Below are positions 28,191-37,968 of a stretch of DNA of 64,000 bases, in pieces; position 1 is the stretch's first letter; the number at the start of each line of letters is the position of its first letter. A program made the translations under genes and the position numbers. The stretch comes from an uncultured Planctomycetota bacterium (GTDB lineage Bacteria; Planctomycetota; Planctomycetia; Isosphaerales; Isosphaeraceae), in assembly GCA_963823665.1 (NCBI GenBank), contig CAWGMQ010000004.1:480001-544000 (forward strand), read 5' to 3'. The notes under the pieces were generated by a model. It saw only the letters and a program-made list of their open reading frames with translations. It was not told where the DNA came from and ran no database searches.

Positions 28191-30161
28191 ATGGACGTAA
28201 AGGATGATTATCTACGCTCTCTCGAGCTGATGGACCGCGATGACCTCTTGAAAACTGTCAAATCGCTGATGACGGGCGGTATTGCCATAAACTTCCACGG
28301 CAAGCGCACCGCCCAGGAGATTGACAAAAAAGTCCGGCCGCGACAAACGCTTATCAAGAAGGAACTGTCGATCGGAACGCCAGAGGAGCAGGCCCGCAAT
28401 TCGATTGTGGAAGGCGAGAACCTTCAAGCCATGGTCACATTGTACAAGGAGCGCGGCCAGGTCGACTTGATCGTGACCGATCCGCCATACAATACCGGCG
28501 GACAGTTCCGCTACAACGATAAATGGGATACCGATCCGAACGACCCAGATCTAGGCCAGATCGTCAAGATTGACGACGGATCGCGGCACACTAAATGGAT
28601 GAAGGCGATTTTACCGCGCCTCAACATGATGCACGCCATGCTTCGGCCTAATGGCGTCCTGGCAATCTGCATTGACGATAACGAGCTTTTCCACCTGGGA
28701 ATGATGCTTGACGAAATATTCGGCGAATATAACCGAATCGGGATCATCAATTGGCAGAAGTCTTATTCCCCGAAAAACCAGGACCGTCATTTATCGACCG
28801 CAACCGAATATGTTCTTGTCTATGCCAAGGACAAAGACCTTGCGAAAACCGCGATGCTTGAGCGCGACGAAGACATGAACGCGCGGTACTGGAATCCCGA
28901 CCAGGACCCGGACGGCCGGTGGAAGAAGCAAGGCGACCCCACAGCGAAAGACCCCCTTGCCGGCGCCATCTATGCCATCCAGTCGCCTTTTACCGGCACC
29001 ATATACTATCCGCCCAAGGGGCGGCATTGGAGCCATACCAAGGCGCAGATGAAGGCCTGGCTCAATGAATGGAACATAGCCTATGTCGAGCGCGACATCG
29101 GCGATGGCGCCGGTGCCGCGATCCTGATTCCAGGCTACGACCACAAGGCACCCCGATCGGCCGCGAGCGTAAAGGCGACCGAGAAGGCCCGCGAAGCAGC
29201 GGAGGAACGGCTTGCGGCCGCCAATTGGCCCAAGCTGCATTTCGGCGATAAAGGTACGTCCGGTCCGAACCTGAAACGCCACCTTCGATTCGTCAAGAAG
29301 GGCAAAATCCCTCTCACGTATTGGGCCGATGACGACTACGACACACCGCTTGTCCTCGGTTCCCAATCTTGGGAACATGCCGAATCCGGCCACAGCCAGG
29401 CCGGCATAAATGAGCTGGACGCGATCCTTGGCCGAGGGCACGGCTTCACGACCGTCAAGCCACTCAAGCTGATCAAAAAGATCATCCAACTTTGGTGTCC
29501 GCCCAACGGCCTGGTTCTCGATCCTTACGCGGGATCGGGCACGACCGGCCATGCTGTGCTCGAGCTGAACGCGCAAGCCGGCGCCGCGCGTCGCTTCATT
29601 CTGATCGAGCAGGGCGCCCCCGATCGCGGCGATAAATACGCCCGCAGTCTGACGCAGGAGCGGCTACGGCGCGCGATCACCGGCGAGCGCCCGGGTACAA
29701 GCGGCAAGCTGAAGAAGACGGCCGAGCGGCTCCCCGGCGGTTTCCAATTCAGAATGCTCACGAAGAAGATCGACAGTCGAACCGTCCTCACGATGAAGAA
29801 AGACGAGCTGATCGACCTTGTCATCACCTCGCATTGGGAAAATGGGCGACGCGGCGGTTGCGGGCTGATTCGCTTCGAGCAGGAAGGATATAAATATCTG
29901 GTCGGCTGCAACGAGCAGAAGGAAGGATATTTCCTTATATGGAACGGTGGCGACAAAGTCGGCCAGCTCGACAAAACCAATTTTTCGACCGTGGTGCAGG
30001 AGGCCAAGAAAGCAGGCCTCACGCAGCCTTACCACGTCTATGCCCGCTACGAGGTTTTCCAGTCGCGCAACGTCGTTTTTTACAAGATACCCGACAAGAT
30101 TCTTGCACACCTTGGTCTGAATGAAAACAGTGACAGCTTCAACGAGGAAGGCGAGGAATGA
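28191..30161 (+). CDS. Type III R-M modification methyltransferase (Mod)
   Basis: EGENLQAM, DLIVTDPPYNTG, ICIDDNE, KPLKLIKKII and VLDPYAGSGTTGHAV (catalytic motif before SAM motif, beta class). Confidence 0.88.
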   Translation: MDVKDDYLRSLELMDRDDLLKTVKSLMTGGIAINFHGKRTAQEIDKKVRPRQTLIKKELSIGTPEEQARNSIVEGENLQAMVTLYKERGQVDLIVTDPPYNTGGQFRYNDKWDTDPNDPDLGQIVKIDDGSRHTKWMKAILPRLNMMHAMLRPNGVLAICIDDNELFHLGMMLDEIFGEYNRIGIINWQKSYSPKNQDRHLSTATEYVLVYAKDKDLAKTAMLERDEDMNARYWNPDQDPDGRWKKQGDPTAKDPLAGAIYAIQSPFTGTIYYPPKGRHWSHTKAQMKAWLNEWNIAYVERDIGDGAGAAILIPGYDHKAPRSAASVKATEKAREAAEERLAAANWPKLHFGDKGTSGPNLKRHLRFVKKGKIPLTYWADDDYDTPLVLGSQSWEHAESGHSQAGINELDAILGRGHGFTTVKPLKLIKKIIQLWCPPNGLVLDPYAGSGTTGHAVLELNAQAGAARRFILIEQGAPDRGDKYARSLTQERLRRAITGERPGTSGKLKKTAERLPGGFQFRMLTKKIDSRTVLTMKKDELIDLVITSHWENGRRGGCGLIRFEQEGYKYLVGCNEQKEGYFLIWNGGDKVGQLDKTNFSTVVQEAKKAGLTQPYHVYARYEVFQSRNVVFYKIPDKILAHLGLNENSDSFNEEGEE

Positions 30162-32458
30162 TTGAGTTGTTTCCCTTCCAAATCGCCGCCTCGACCGAGA
30201 TCGCTGACCGCTTTGCAGCTTACGCCGTCGATCCGTTGATGACCACCAAAACCCGGCCCGTGCCCTTCTATCAAAACCTCAATTCCATTACCGGCAGCGG
30301 CAAGACATTGATCCTTGCCGATGCCGTGTCGCAAATCCGCAGCCACTTGGCTGCCGAGCCGATCGTACTATGGCTGTCCAAGGGCAAGGTCGTCGTCTGG
30401 CAGACATTCGCCAACCTGGCAGCCGGCAAGTATGCCGAGCTAGTCGCCGGTTTCACCGTCAAGCCGCTAATGGACTGCCGCCTGGCCGACATCGAGCGCA
30501 CCGATTCCGGCCTGATACTGGTCGCCACGGTTGGCAAATTCAACCAGGCAGACAAGGAGAGAGGCGACCGCAAAATCTACCAGCTTGCCTTGGACGACGC
30601 TTCGCAATCCCTATGGGACATGCTGAAACAGCGCCGCGACGACAAAGGTCGGCGCAGGCCATTCATCGTCGTGTATGATGAAGGGCACAACCTCACCGAT
30701 CAACAGACCCATTTGTTGCTCGACCTCGAACCCGACGCGCTGATCGCGGCGAGCGCGACCATGCGGATTCCGCCTGAGCTGTCGCAGCGGATGACCCGCC
30801 TGCGCCAGGACAAGGGATGGACCGACGCCGATTTCGTCACCGTCGTAAAGAGCGGTGACGTGGTCAAATCCGGCCTTGTCAAGCAACAGATGCTTCTCGG
30901 CGGCTATGTCACGCCGATGGAAGTCGCGATCGACGACATGATCGAGAGTATGAAGGGCGTTGAAGCGGCCGCGCTCAGCTTAAGCCTGCCTTTCAAGCCG
31001 AAGGCAATCTATGTTAGCAATACCAATGCCGTCTATGGCAAGGGCGTCGATAACATCCACACCACGTTCGAGAACCGCGAGGCGCGGCCGATCCTGATTT
31101 GGCGCCACCTGGTCGAGCATCATGACATCGACCCGGCCACCATCGCGGTTTATTGCAATCTTAAATTTGATCCGAGATTTCCACCTCCTCCCCGTTTCAA
31201 CCTTTTCGCGGGCGGCGACAACGATTATGAGAGCTTCATTGCCGGTACTTTTCAGCACATCATTTTCAACCTCACCCTTCAAGAGGGCTGGGACGATCCG
31301 GCTTGCTATTTTGCCTATATCGACAAGGACATGGGTTCAAAAGACCAAGTGACTCAGATCGTCGGCCGAGTCCTGCGCCAGCCCCAGGCCCAGCACTATC
31401 CCGCCCCGAGCCTGAATACCGCGCACTTCTTTATCCGCGCCGACGAACGCACCGTTTTCGACCAGGTATTGCGCGAGGTACAAGCCAAGCTAGCTGCCGA
31501 GGCGCCCGAGATCAGCCTTACGGTTTTCGCCGGCAACAAGGGCGCCGCCGCGAAAACGATCATGCCAGCCCGCAAGGTGAAACAACTGCCGGATGTATCG
31601 ATCAACGCTGAGCGGGCCATGGACCCGATCCGCCGCGTCGTCGCCGGCATTCAGGACTACCGCGAGGGCGGTGTGAACACGGTCGGCAAGGGCGGCCGTA
31701 TCCAGGTGTTGCAGGCCGTGGGGCAGCATGGCAACGAGATCGAGGAATGGGTTGACATCGAGCATAGCAATCGCGTGACAGCCCGGTGGATCTTCGCCCG
31801 CGAGGTCCAAAAAACCTATGCCAAAGCCATTAACCTTTGTGACATCGAAGACCCAAAACTCGACGCGCTGGTTGAATACAACAGTCCGGCCGCCGAACAC
31901 TTGCGGGAAGCCGCCCGCAAGATGGTCGCAGCCTATATCGACCATTCCACGGTCGTAAACAGCTTCGCCGAGCCCTTGCTTGTCCCTGGCGTTGCCGTCG
32001 ATCCTGCAAACGTCACCACCTTCAACTTCGCGATCCATGAAGGCTATAGCGGCTTCAACGAATTCGAGCGCGAGTTCGCCCAGGCCCTCGACAAGACGCA
32101 ACGGGTGTGGTTTCGCAACCCGGCGCGCGGCTTGTTCGAGATACCCTTGCTGACACATGGCGGCACCAAGAATTTCAATCCCGATTTCGTCGTGTTTGTC
32201 GATAAGGGAATCGTCGCCATCGACACCAAAGGCGACCACCTTATTGTCGAGGACGCCGGCCGCAAGCTGTTCAACATCGAAAAGAGTGGAAGCGGGCCAG
32301 ACCTATCAGTCCGCCTTCTGACGCGCGGCGAATGGAACATGCAGCGTGAAAAAACAGGCCCGGAGGGTTTCACAGTCTGGGCGATGCGTCTTGGGCGACC
32401 ACATCCGCTCCTGGCGGCTTCCATGGCCGAAGCGATCGCCCTTTGCTTACGGCACTAG
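30158..32458 (+). CDS. Type III R-M restriction subunit (Res): DEAD-like helicase plus PD-(D/E)xK nuclease
   Basis: ITGSGKT, VYDEGHN, LQEGWDDP, QIVGRVLRQP and C-terminal FNPDF....AIDTKG. ATGA overlap with mod. Confidence 0.85.
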   Translation: MIELFPFQIAASTEIADRFAAYAVDPLMTTKTRPVPFYQNLNSITGSGKTLILADAVSQIRSHLAAEPIVLWLSKGKVVVWQTFANLAAGKYAELVAGFTVKPLMDCRLADIERTDSGLILVATVGKFNQADKERGDRKIYQLALDDASQSLWDMLKQRRDDKGRRRPFIVVYDEGHNLTDQQTHLLLDLEPDALIAASATMRIPPELSQRMTRLRQDKGWTDADFVTVVKSGDVVKSGLVKQQMLLGGYVTPMEVAIDDMIESMKGVEAAALSLSLPFKPKAIYVSNTNAVYGKGVDNIHTTFENREARPILIWRHLVEHHDIDPATIAVYCNLKFDPRFPPPPRFNLFAGGDNDYESFIAGTFQHIIFNLTLQEGWDDPACYFAYIDKDMGSKDQVTQIVGRVLRQPQAQHYPAPSLNTAHFFIRADERTVFDQVLREVQAKLAAEAPEISLTVFAGNKGAAAKTIMPARKVKQLPDVSINAERAMDPIRRVVAGIQDYREGGVNTVGKGGRIQVLQAVGQHGNEIEEWVDIEHSNRVTARWIFAREVQKTYAKAINLCDIEDPKLDALVEYNSPAAEHLREAARKMVAAYIDHSTVVNSFAEPLLVPGVAVDPANVTTFNFAIHEGYSGFNEFEREFAQALDKTQRVWFRNPARGLFEIPLLTHGGTKNFNPDFVVFVDKGIVAIDTKGDHLIVEDAGRKLFNIEKSGSGPDLSVRLLTRGEWNMQREKTGPEGFTVWAMRLGRPHPLLAASMAEAIALCLRH

Positions 32459-32628
32459 TTTGCCGCCATTCGAGGACCACCAGAACCCACCACTCACGCG
32501 TGTTTCGCCAGAACCTCTCGGTCCCTCCGGGACTGCGTGTGACATCCTTCCTCTCGCCGGTGCATCGCAAGTCCCAATCGCTAGGTTCAGAGAAACCGTG
32601 ACGCACCCCAAAGCACGTCAGTCGAGGG

Positions 32629-32743
32629 CGTCCACGCGCAAGGATCAATGGAGAATTCGTCCCTCGGTCCGCCGAGAACTTTCCAGTAACGCCTGGCGGC
32701 AGGGCGGCAGCACAAGGACGATGAACCAAGCCCGCCTTGAGTC
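32629..32743 (+). repeat. Second copy of the helicase gene 3' end
   Basis: CGTCCAC..GCAAGGATCAATGGAGAATTCGTCCCTCGGTCCGCCGAGAACTTTCCAG is nearly identical to 27631-27688 and continues more divergently to CCTTGAGTC. Confidence 0.85.
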
Positions 32744-32799
32744 GTCACCGCCTCGCCGGCAGAAGGATGTGTTCAAGCATGTCGTGATCCCGAAGTAGC

Positions 32800-32827
32800 A
32801 ACCCCGGCCATATTGACCGGGGTTTTT
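32800..32827 (+). terminator. Candidate intrinsic terminator
   Basis: AACCCCGGCC-ATATT-GACCGGGGTT followed by a T-tract. Confidence 0.55.
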
Positions 32828-32910
32828 CATGCGCGGAGAAATTGCTTGCGCGAAATCAACGGCTGTGGCATGGCTCCGCCGTTACGCCGAGGATCGAGAA
32901 AAGAGGTGAA

Positions 32911-33525
32911 ATGACGCCAAAAGAGCTTGAACGTCTTGGGATTGCCATAACGGGCACAAAAGATTGGATCGCGCCGCTGACAAAGTTAATGGGGCTCAAA
33001 GAGCCTTCCGTTGTCCGTGCATGGTGGACTGGGAAAACTAGCATCACTGCACCAAAGCAACGCAAGCTTTTTCTGCTAGCCGGCCAAGCCGACGCCCCGC
33101 TTATCCCGATTTGTGAAGACACCCGAAATCGGCTTGCCCGGATCATGGCAATGCGAGAACAGGGATATACCTATCCGTCCATTGCACTAGAGCTGAATGT
33201 ATCACGTCAAGCGGTTCATGACCTGGTAACGCGCTATCGGCTTGTGACGCCTATAGAGGAAATGAACAGGCTGCAATGTCCTGTCTGCTCAGAAACCTTT
33301 CAGCCAAAGACGCGAAAGCAAGTGTACTGTTCGAGACGTTGTGGCAAGGGCAGATGGTATTTACTGCATCGTGAATCAACGCCTCGTGATCCCAAGCTTT
33401 GCTTGCGATGTGGAGCGAGTTTTCAGCCAACGCAATCCACAGCAAAGTACTGTTCGCGTCGGTGTCGTAATAACCATCGGGCTATACAGTATCGGCAGCG
33501 GTTAAGGGCAATGGCTGCGCCATAA
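32911..33525 (+). CDS. Hypothetical DNA-binding protein: HTH plus two Cys4 zinc-ribbon repeats
   Basis: GYTYPSIALELNVSRQAVHDLV (HTH); CPVC...YCSRRC and CLRC...YCSRRC. ATG follows GAGGTG. Confidence 0.7.
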   Translation: MTPKELERLGIAITGTKDWIAPLTKLMGLKEPSVVRAWWTGKTSITAPKQRKLFLLAGQADAPLIPICEDTRNRLARIMAMREQGYTYPSIALELNVSRQAVHDLVTRYRLVTPIEEMNRLQCPVCSETFQPKTRKQVYCSRRCGKGRWYLLHRESTPRDPKLCLRCGASFQPTQSTAKYCSRRCRNNHRAIQYRQRLRAMAAP

Positions 33526-33630
33526 CCGGGCCGGTGGCACGGTGTCCGGCTAGCGGGTAAGGTCCTACAGCGGCTTGAAATCCTTCAGTACGTCTTGCAT
33601 GGCAGCGTGTTCATCGAAGAGTTTCGAGTG

Positions 33631-34043
33631 CCTGGCCGAACTGACCACCTTGCGTAACCAGCTCAGGGCAAGCCTTTCCGCCGCCACCCAGGAGCCAGGG
33701 TAAGAGGAGGGGCCGAGCGTTTCCGAACTGTCAGAGCAGATCAAGGCAATCAAGGCCGCCAACACGATTGAGGGCACGCCCCAGCGAGGTGGGCACAAAC
33801 AGTCCTCCGCCGAGGAACCCATCACCGCCCGTATCCGGCGGAGGACGGAGGGGATTTCCGCATCCGATCCCGTGACAGAGTCCGATGCTGCACTGGATGC
33901 CGACGGCATCCCCCTGCCGGGATCGATGCAGAATGCGTCCCTCGATTCGCCGCCGACGTTTCAGGAACGCATTTTCCGTGAGCGGCAACGCAAGGACGAC
34001 GGACCGAGCCCGCCTTGAGCCCGAGTTGCGGAATTCGTGGGTG
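33631..34043 (+). repeat. Third, longer and degenerate copy of the helicase gene 3' end
   Basis: Collinear with 27355-27765 (CCTGGCCGAACTGACCACCTTGCG; GAGCAGATCAAGGCAATCAAGG; GCCGAGGAACCCATCACCGCCCG; GCGGAATTCGTG) but with an in-frame TAA. Confidence 0.85.
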
Positions 34044-34180
34044 AATGACCCCATACCGGTCATCGGCGGCGACGACTGAAGTCTCCGGTGGGCCGATCAC
34101 CGCTCGCGCGGCACCGCCCGCCAGACCAGAGATTCGCCCTGAGGTTTGTAGGAACGTCGGACCGATGCCGCGCGGCTACA

Positions 34181-37060
34181 TCAAGGCGCGAACGGATCGG
34201 CTGGAAACTGGAGGTCGAACACGATGGCTTTGAGGACAGGATCGGACCGAAGCTTCGCCAGGGATGCATCGTTCAAGGGCTGGCCGGCGTCGTCGCGGAG
34301 CTGGGTGATTTGCTCGATGATCCGGCCCAGGTCGGATGTGTCCGTGGGAAGGGTGTTCTTCTCGGGCGGCTTCATTCCGTTGTAGGCGGAAAGGAGTCTG
34401 GTTCGGGCCTCCGTGTACTTCTTTTGAGCGAGCAGGCAGACGCCGAGCCGTAGCTCGGCCAGGAAACGATCCGAGTGAACGGGGAAGTTCTTGATTCGGA
34501 ATGCCGCTTCCTCGCGGCAATAGGGTTCAGCCTGGGAGTATTTTCCCAGCAAGATGAGGATCTGCCCGACGTCCGCGTCACCTTGCGCCGTGACATCGCT
34601 GTCCGGACCCCAGCGGAAGCGTGCGAGCTCCACCGCCTCGATCATCACAGATTCGAGTTTCTTCCAATCGCCTCGGCTGCCATACACGGCCGCAAGAAAG
34701 CTTAACGCAGCCGCTCTGACCTGATGTTTGTCGTTGAGGACGCTACGGGACGCCTCCAGCGCCTCGCCAGCGTATTTCTCCACTTGGTCCATTTTGCCAT
34801 GTTTCATATAGTGCTCTGCGAGCACCGCCATAGTCAAAAGTGTATCGGGATGCTTGTCTCCCAGAACTCGCCTCTGATCTTTGAGGACGTTCTTCAACAG
34901 CGGCTCCGCCTGCGCTGACTTGCCATTCGCCTCGTAAGTCGCCGCTAAGTTGCACCGCGCTCCCAGCGTGTAGGGGTTATCAGTCCCTACCTCCTCGCGC
35001 AATCCTCGGACGATTTCCTCTTCCAATTGCTCGGCCTGGCCTGGTTTCTTCTGGGCGAGGTAGACCGTCGCGAGGTTGTCCATCGTGCGAAGCGTGAGAA
35101 TGTCCCGGTCGCCTCGCGTCCGTCGAAGCCCGTTCACCGTTTGACACAGCAGCGTCTCGGCCTCTGTGGTCTTCTCTAGCTGGTTGTAGAGATTTCCGAC
35201 ATCAGACATCGTCTCTAGCGCCTCAAGGTCGTCCACACCCCTCGTCTTGCGAAGCCCGTCCATCGCTGGAACCAGATACCGCTCGGCTTCGGCCCATTTG
35301 CCATCGTCGGCAAGGAGAACCCCCAGGCTGTGCAACGCGCTAAACGTCTCGGGATCGTCGACGCCGAGTGTCCTGCGGCGCAAATCAATCGCACGCTCCA
35401 GATGAGCTCGCGCTTGGGAAAAGAGGCCAAGCTGATGATAGGTCTCTCCGATCGTTTGACGAATCGATGCCTCGACTAGTGGTTGGGCTGCGAATCGGTT
35501 CCCTATCGCAGCCGCTGCACGGTCCAGGGCCGTGCGGACCTTCAAGTCGGGGTCGGGCGTCGAATCGCGCGTGGCCTGGTTGCTCACGCTGGCCTGGGCG
35601 AGCATGTCTTTTCGAAGGAACTCAATGACGGCCTTGAACCTGTTCGCCTCCAACTCAGCCTGATCGCGTTGATGGCGAGTTGCTGCCTCGGCCCGGATCG
35701 CGCGGATGGCGAGCGTGGTGCTCACGCCGGTGCCCATGAGCAGACTCATGAGGACCGCGGCGGAAAGCGCCGCCACCCACGGGTTACGCCGGCTCCAACG
35801 CCGTAGGCGCCCAGCCGGTCCCACGGGCCGTGCCGTGATCGGCTGGTCATCAAGGAACCGTCGCAAATCCCCCGCGAGGAGCTCCGCGCTCACGTACCTC
35901 TTGTTCGGCTCTTTGTCCAGGCATTTTAGGCAGATCGTCTCCAGGTCGCGCGGGATATCTGGCCGCGATTGTTTCGGAGGAACGGGCTCCGTCGAGCAAA
36001 CCAGTCTTAGGGTCTCGATCTGCGTATCGCCTAGGAATGGCGGCCGTCCGGTTAGCGCCTCGTATAAAATGGCCCCGAGCGCGTAAACGTCGGCGGCCGG
36101 ACCGACATCTTTTGAGCGGCCCTCAGCCTGTTCGGGGGCCATGTAGCTGGGAGTCCCGACCACCTGGCCGGACTGGGTGCGTCCTGAACCACCCCCCAAA
36201 AGCTTGGCCAGCCCAAAATCGGCGACCTTGGGAACGCCCTCGGTGGTAAGGAGGATGTTGCTGGGCTTCAAATCCCGGTGCACGATCCCGGCCTTGTGAG
36301 CAGCATGCACCGCGCCGGCCAGGGTTTCAAGCAGCTCGGCGGATCGACGCATGGCCATCGGCTTATCGGCAAGTTGTTTCTTGAGATCGCCGCCGTCGAC
36401 AAATTCCTGGACGAAATAGGGACGACCTTGGTGTTCGCCTATCTCGTGAACTGTGATGATGTTCGGATGCTGGAGTCGGGCCGCCGCTCGGGCTTCGTCC
36501 AGGAATCGGCCCGATTGGCTGGGCTTCGTCGGCTCGAGCTCGGTGATGGTCTTAAGCGCCACCACGCGGCCCAGCCGGGTATTCCGGGCCTTGTAGACGA
36601 CGCCCATGCCTCCTTGGCCGATAACTCCGATCAATTCGTATCCGGGGAAGGAAGGGAATGAGCCTCGGTCGTCGGCGCCTGCCGCGTCCACCACCGTCGA
36701 GGCGCCGGCTTCATCTGCGGGCCATCCACCATTTTCATCCCTGGGAGGCTCTGTCGCTGCCTCCGCCGATTGCATCGCCTCGTCAGCCGCAAACTGTGCG
36801 ATAATCAGCAGTTTTGACAAGAAGGGGAACCGCCTGATAAACTCTTCGGGCTGAGGCCGTTCGCCTAACTCTCGTCGGAGGAGGAACTCGTGGTAAATGA
36901 TATCCAAGGCGGCATCGGGATTGTTACGTAAAGCCGGGAATCGCTCGAAGTATTCTTCGGCGGCTGGCCGATCGCCCCGGCCCCAGCGGACATTTTGCTC
37001 ATCAAGGACGGCGTCGAGGAGCGGTTGACCATCGAGATTCGGGCTCCCGTTGCTATCCAT
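34181..37060 (-). CDS. Ser/Thr protein kinase with TM helix and kinesin-light-chain-type TPRs
   Basis: IGQGGMGVVY, HRDLKPSN, DFG and APE; TM WVAALSAAVLMSLLMG; repeats such as LGDKHPDTL; ends FPADPFAP. Confidence 0.93.
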   Translation of the reverse strand: MDSNGSPNLDGQPLLDAVLDEQNVRWGRGDRPAAEEYFERFPALRNNPDAALDIIYHEFLLRRELGERPQPEEFIRRFPFLSKLLIIAQFAADEAMQSAEAATEPPRDENGGWPADEAGASTVVDAAGADDRGSFPSFPGYELIGVIGQGGMGVVYKARNTRLGRVVALKTITELEPTKPSQSGRFLDEARAAARLQHPNIITVHEIGEHQGRPYFVQEFVDGGDLKKQLADKPMAMRRSAELLETLAGAVHAAHKAGIVHRDLKPSNILLTTEGVPKVADFGLAKLLGGGSGRTQSGQVVGTPSYMAPEQAEGRSKDVGPAADVYALGAILYEALTGRPPFLGDTQIETLRLVCSTEPVPPKQSRPDIPRDLETICLKCLDKEPNKRYVSAELLAGDLRRFLDDQPITARPVGPAGRLRRWSRRNPWVAALSAAVLMSLLMGTGVSTTLAIRAIRAEAATRHQRDQAELEANRFKAVIEFLRKDMLAQASVSNQATRDSTPDPDLKVRTALDRAAAAIGNRFAAQPLVEASIRQTIGETYHQLGLFSQARAHLERAIDLRRRTLGVDDPETFSALHSLGVLLADDGKWAEAERYLVPAMDGLRKTRGVDDLEALETMSDVGNLYNQLEKTTEAETLLCQTVNGLRRTRGDRDILTLRTMDNLATVYLAQKKPGQAEQLEEEIVRGLREEVGTDNPYTLGARCNLAATYEANGKSAQAEPLLKNVLKDQRRVLGDKHPDTLLTMAVLAEHYMKHGKMDQVEKYAGEALEASRSVLNDKHQVRAAALSFLAAVYGSRGDWKKLESVMIEAVELARFRWGPDSDVTAQGDADVGQILILLGKYSQAEPYCREEAAFRIKNFPVHSDRFLAELRLGVCLLAQKKYTEARTRLLSAYNGMKPPEKNTLPTDTSDLGRIIEQITQLRDDAGQPLNDASLAKLRSDPVLKAIVFDLQFPADPFAP

Positions 37061-37098
37061 ATGCGCTCGCTCCGAGGCCGATCTTGCGGTGACTCATG

Positions 37099-37704
37099 TC
37101 AGCCAGCGTTCAACGCCTTCATGGACGGAATGTTCCTGACGCGTTTGATGGCCCGTTCGAGCCGCCTACGCAGGGTGTCGGCGTCGACACCGAGCTGAGC
37201 GGCGATCACGGGCCAGGTTTGACCGTCGAGTCTTCGCTGCACGATTTCCAACTCATCCTCGGAAAAATGTCTAAGGATGGCTTCGGCAAGATCCTGGTCG
37301 TCGATGGGTTTTTCGGGGCTCGGACCGGAGTCAGCCTGATCGGGCGGTGAGCCTTCGTCCATGACTTCGCGGAGGATCACGCTTAATCTCCGGCCTTCCG
37401 TGGCAATCTTAAACCGGCTCATGATTCGTAGAAGGTTTTGCAGTTGTGCTGGTTGATTCAGCTCGAACCGCCCTTCCTTTAGACCGACGAAGAGGCTCTT
37501 GAAGACCGACTGGCAGATATCGGAAGACCCGAGGCGCGAACGGATCTTCCTGTAGTTAGTCTGCTTCCGCATCGCAAATCGCACCACCCGCAGGACGAAC
37601 GGCTCAAATATCCGCGCGAACTGGGTCCAGGCGTCCTGGTCGCCGGAACGCACGCGGACGATGAGATCCTGGAACTGGTCTTCTGGGGGCATTGGCGACT
37701 CCAC
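37099..37704 (-). CDS. ECF sigma-70 factor (kinase-associated)
   Basis: RVRSGDQDAWTQF, GSSDICQSVFKSLF and region-4 GQTWPVIAAQLGVDADTLRRRLERA; directly upstream of the kinase. Confidence 0.88.
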   Translation of the reverse strand: MESPMPPEDQFQDLIVRVRSGDQDAWTQFARIFEPFVLRVVRFAMRKQTNYRKIRSRLGSSDICQSVFKSLFVGLKEGRFELNQPAQLQNLLRIMSRFKIATEGRRLSVILREVMDEGSPPDQADSGPSPEKPIDDQDLAEAILRHFSEDELEIVQRRLDGQTWPVIAAQLGVDADTLRRRLERAIKRVRNIPSMKALNAG

Positions 37705-37968
37705 GCATGCGTCGGCCTTTTCGGATTTTTCTTGTTCGGATTGAAAGACTCAGCGCGGTATTAAAGAAGACACTCCAAGAAAAATGGAAGAACCCGATGA
37801 CCGACTGCTTCATATTGGAGCCGCCCGGATCGAGCGTGGTCAAGGCTTCGCAAACAATCGGGCAAGGAATTGGCGAAGCCGGGCTTGCCGCCACGCCTGG
37901 GATAAGGAAACAACCGAAGCTCTGTCTCTCTCAGATCGACGCCTTGATCAGCAGCAGAGGTATGCAAC

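Noticed and set aside
33565..33909. 114-aa minus-strand ORF as a real gene
   Set aside because: Mostly the antisense of the degenerate helicase-end repeat; only the last ~20 codons lie outside it and cannot be assigned.
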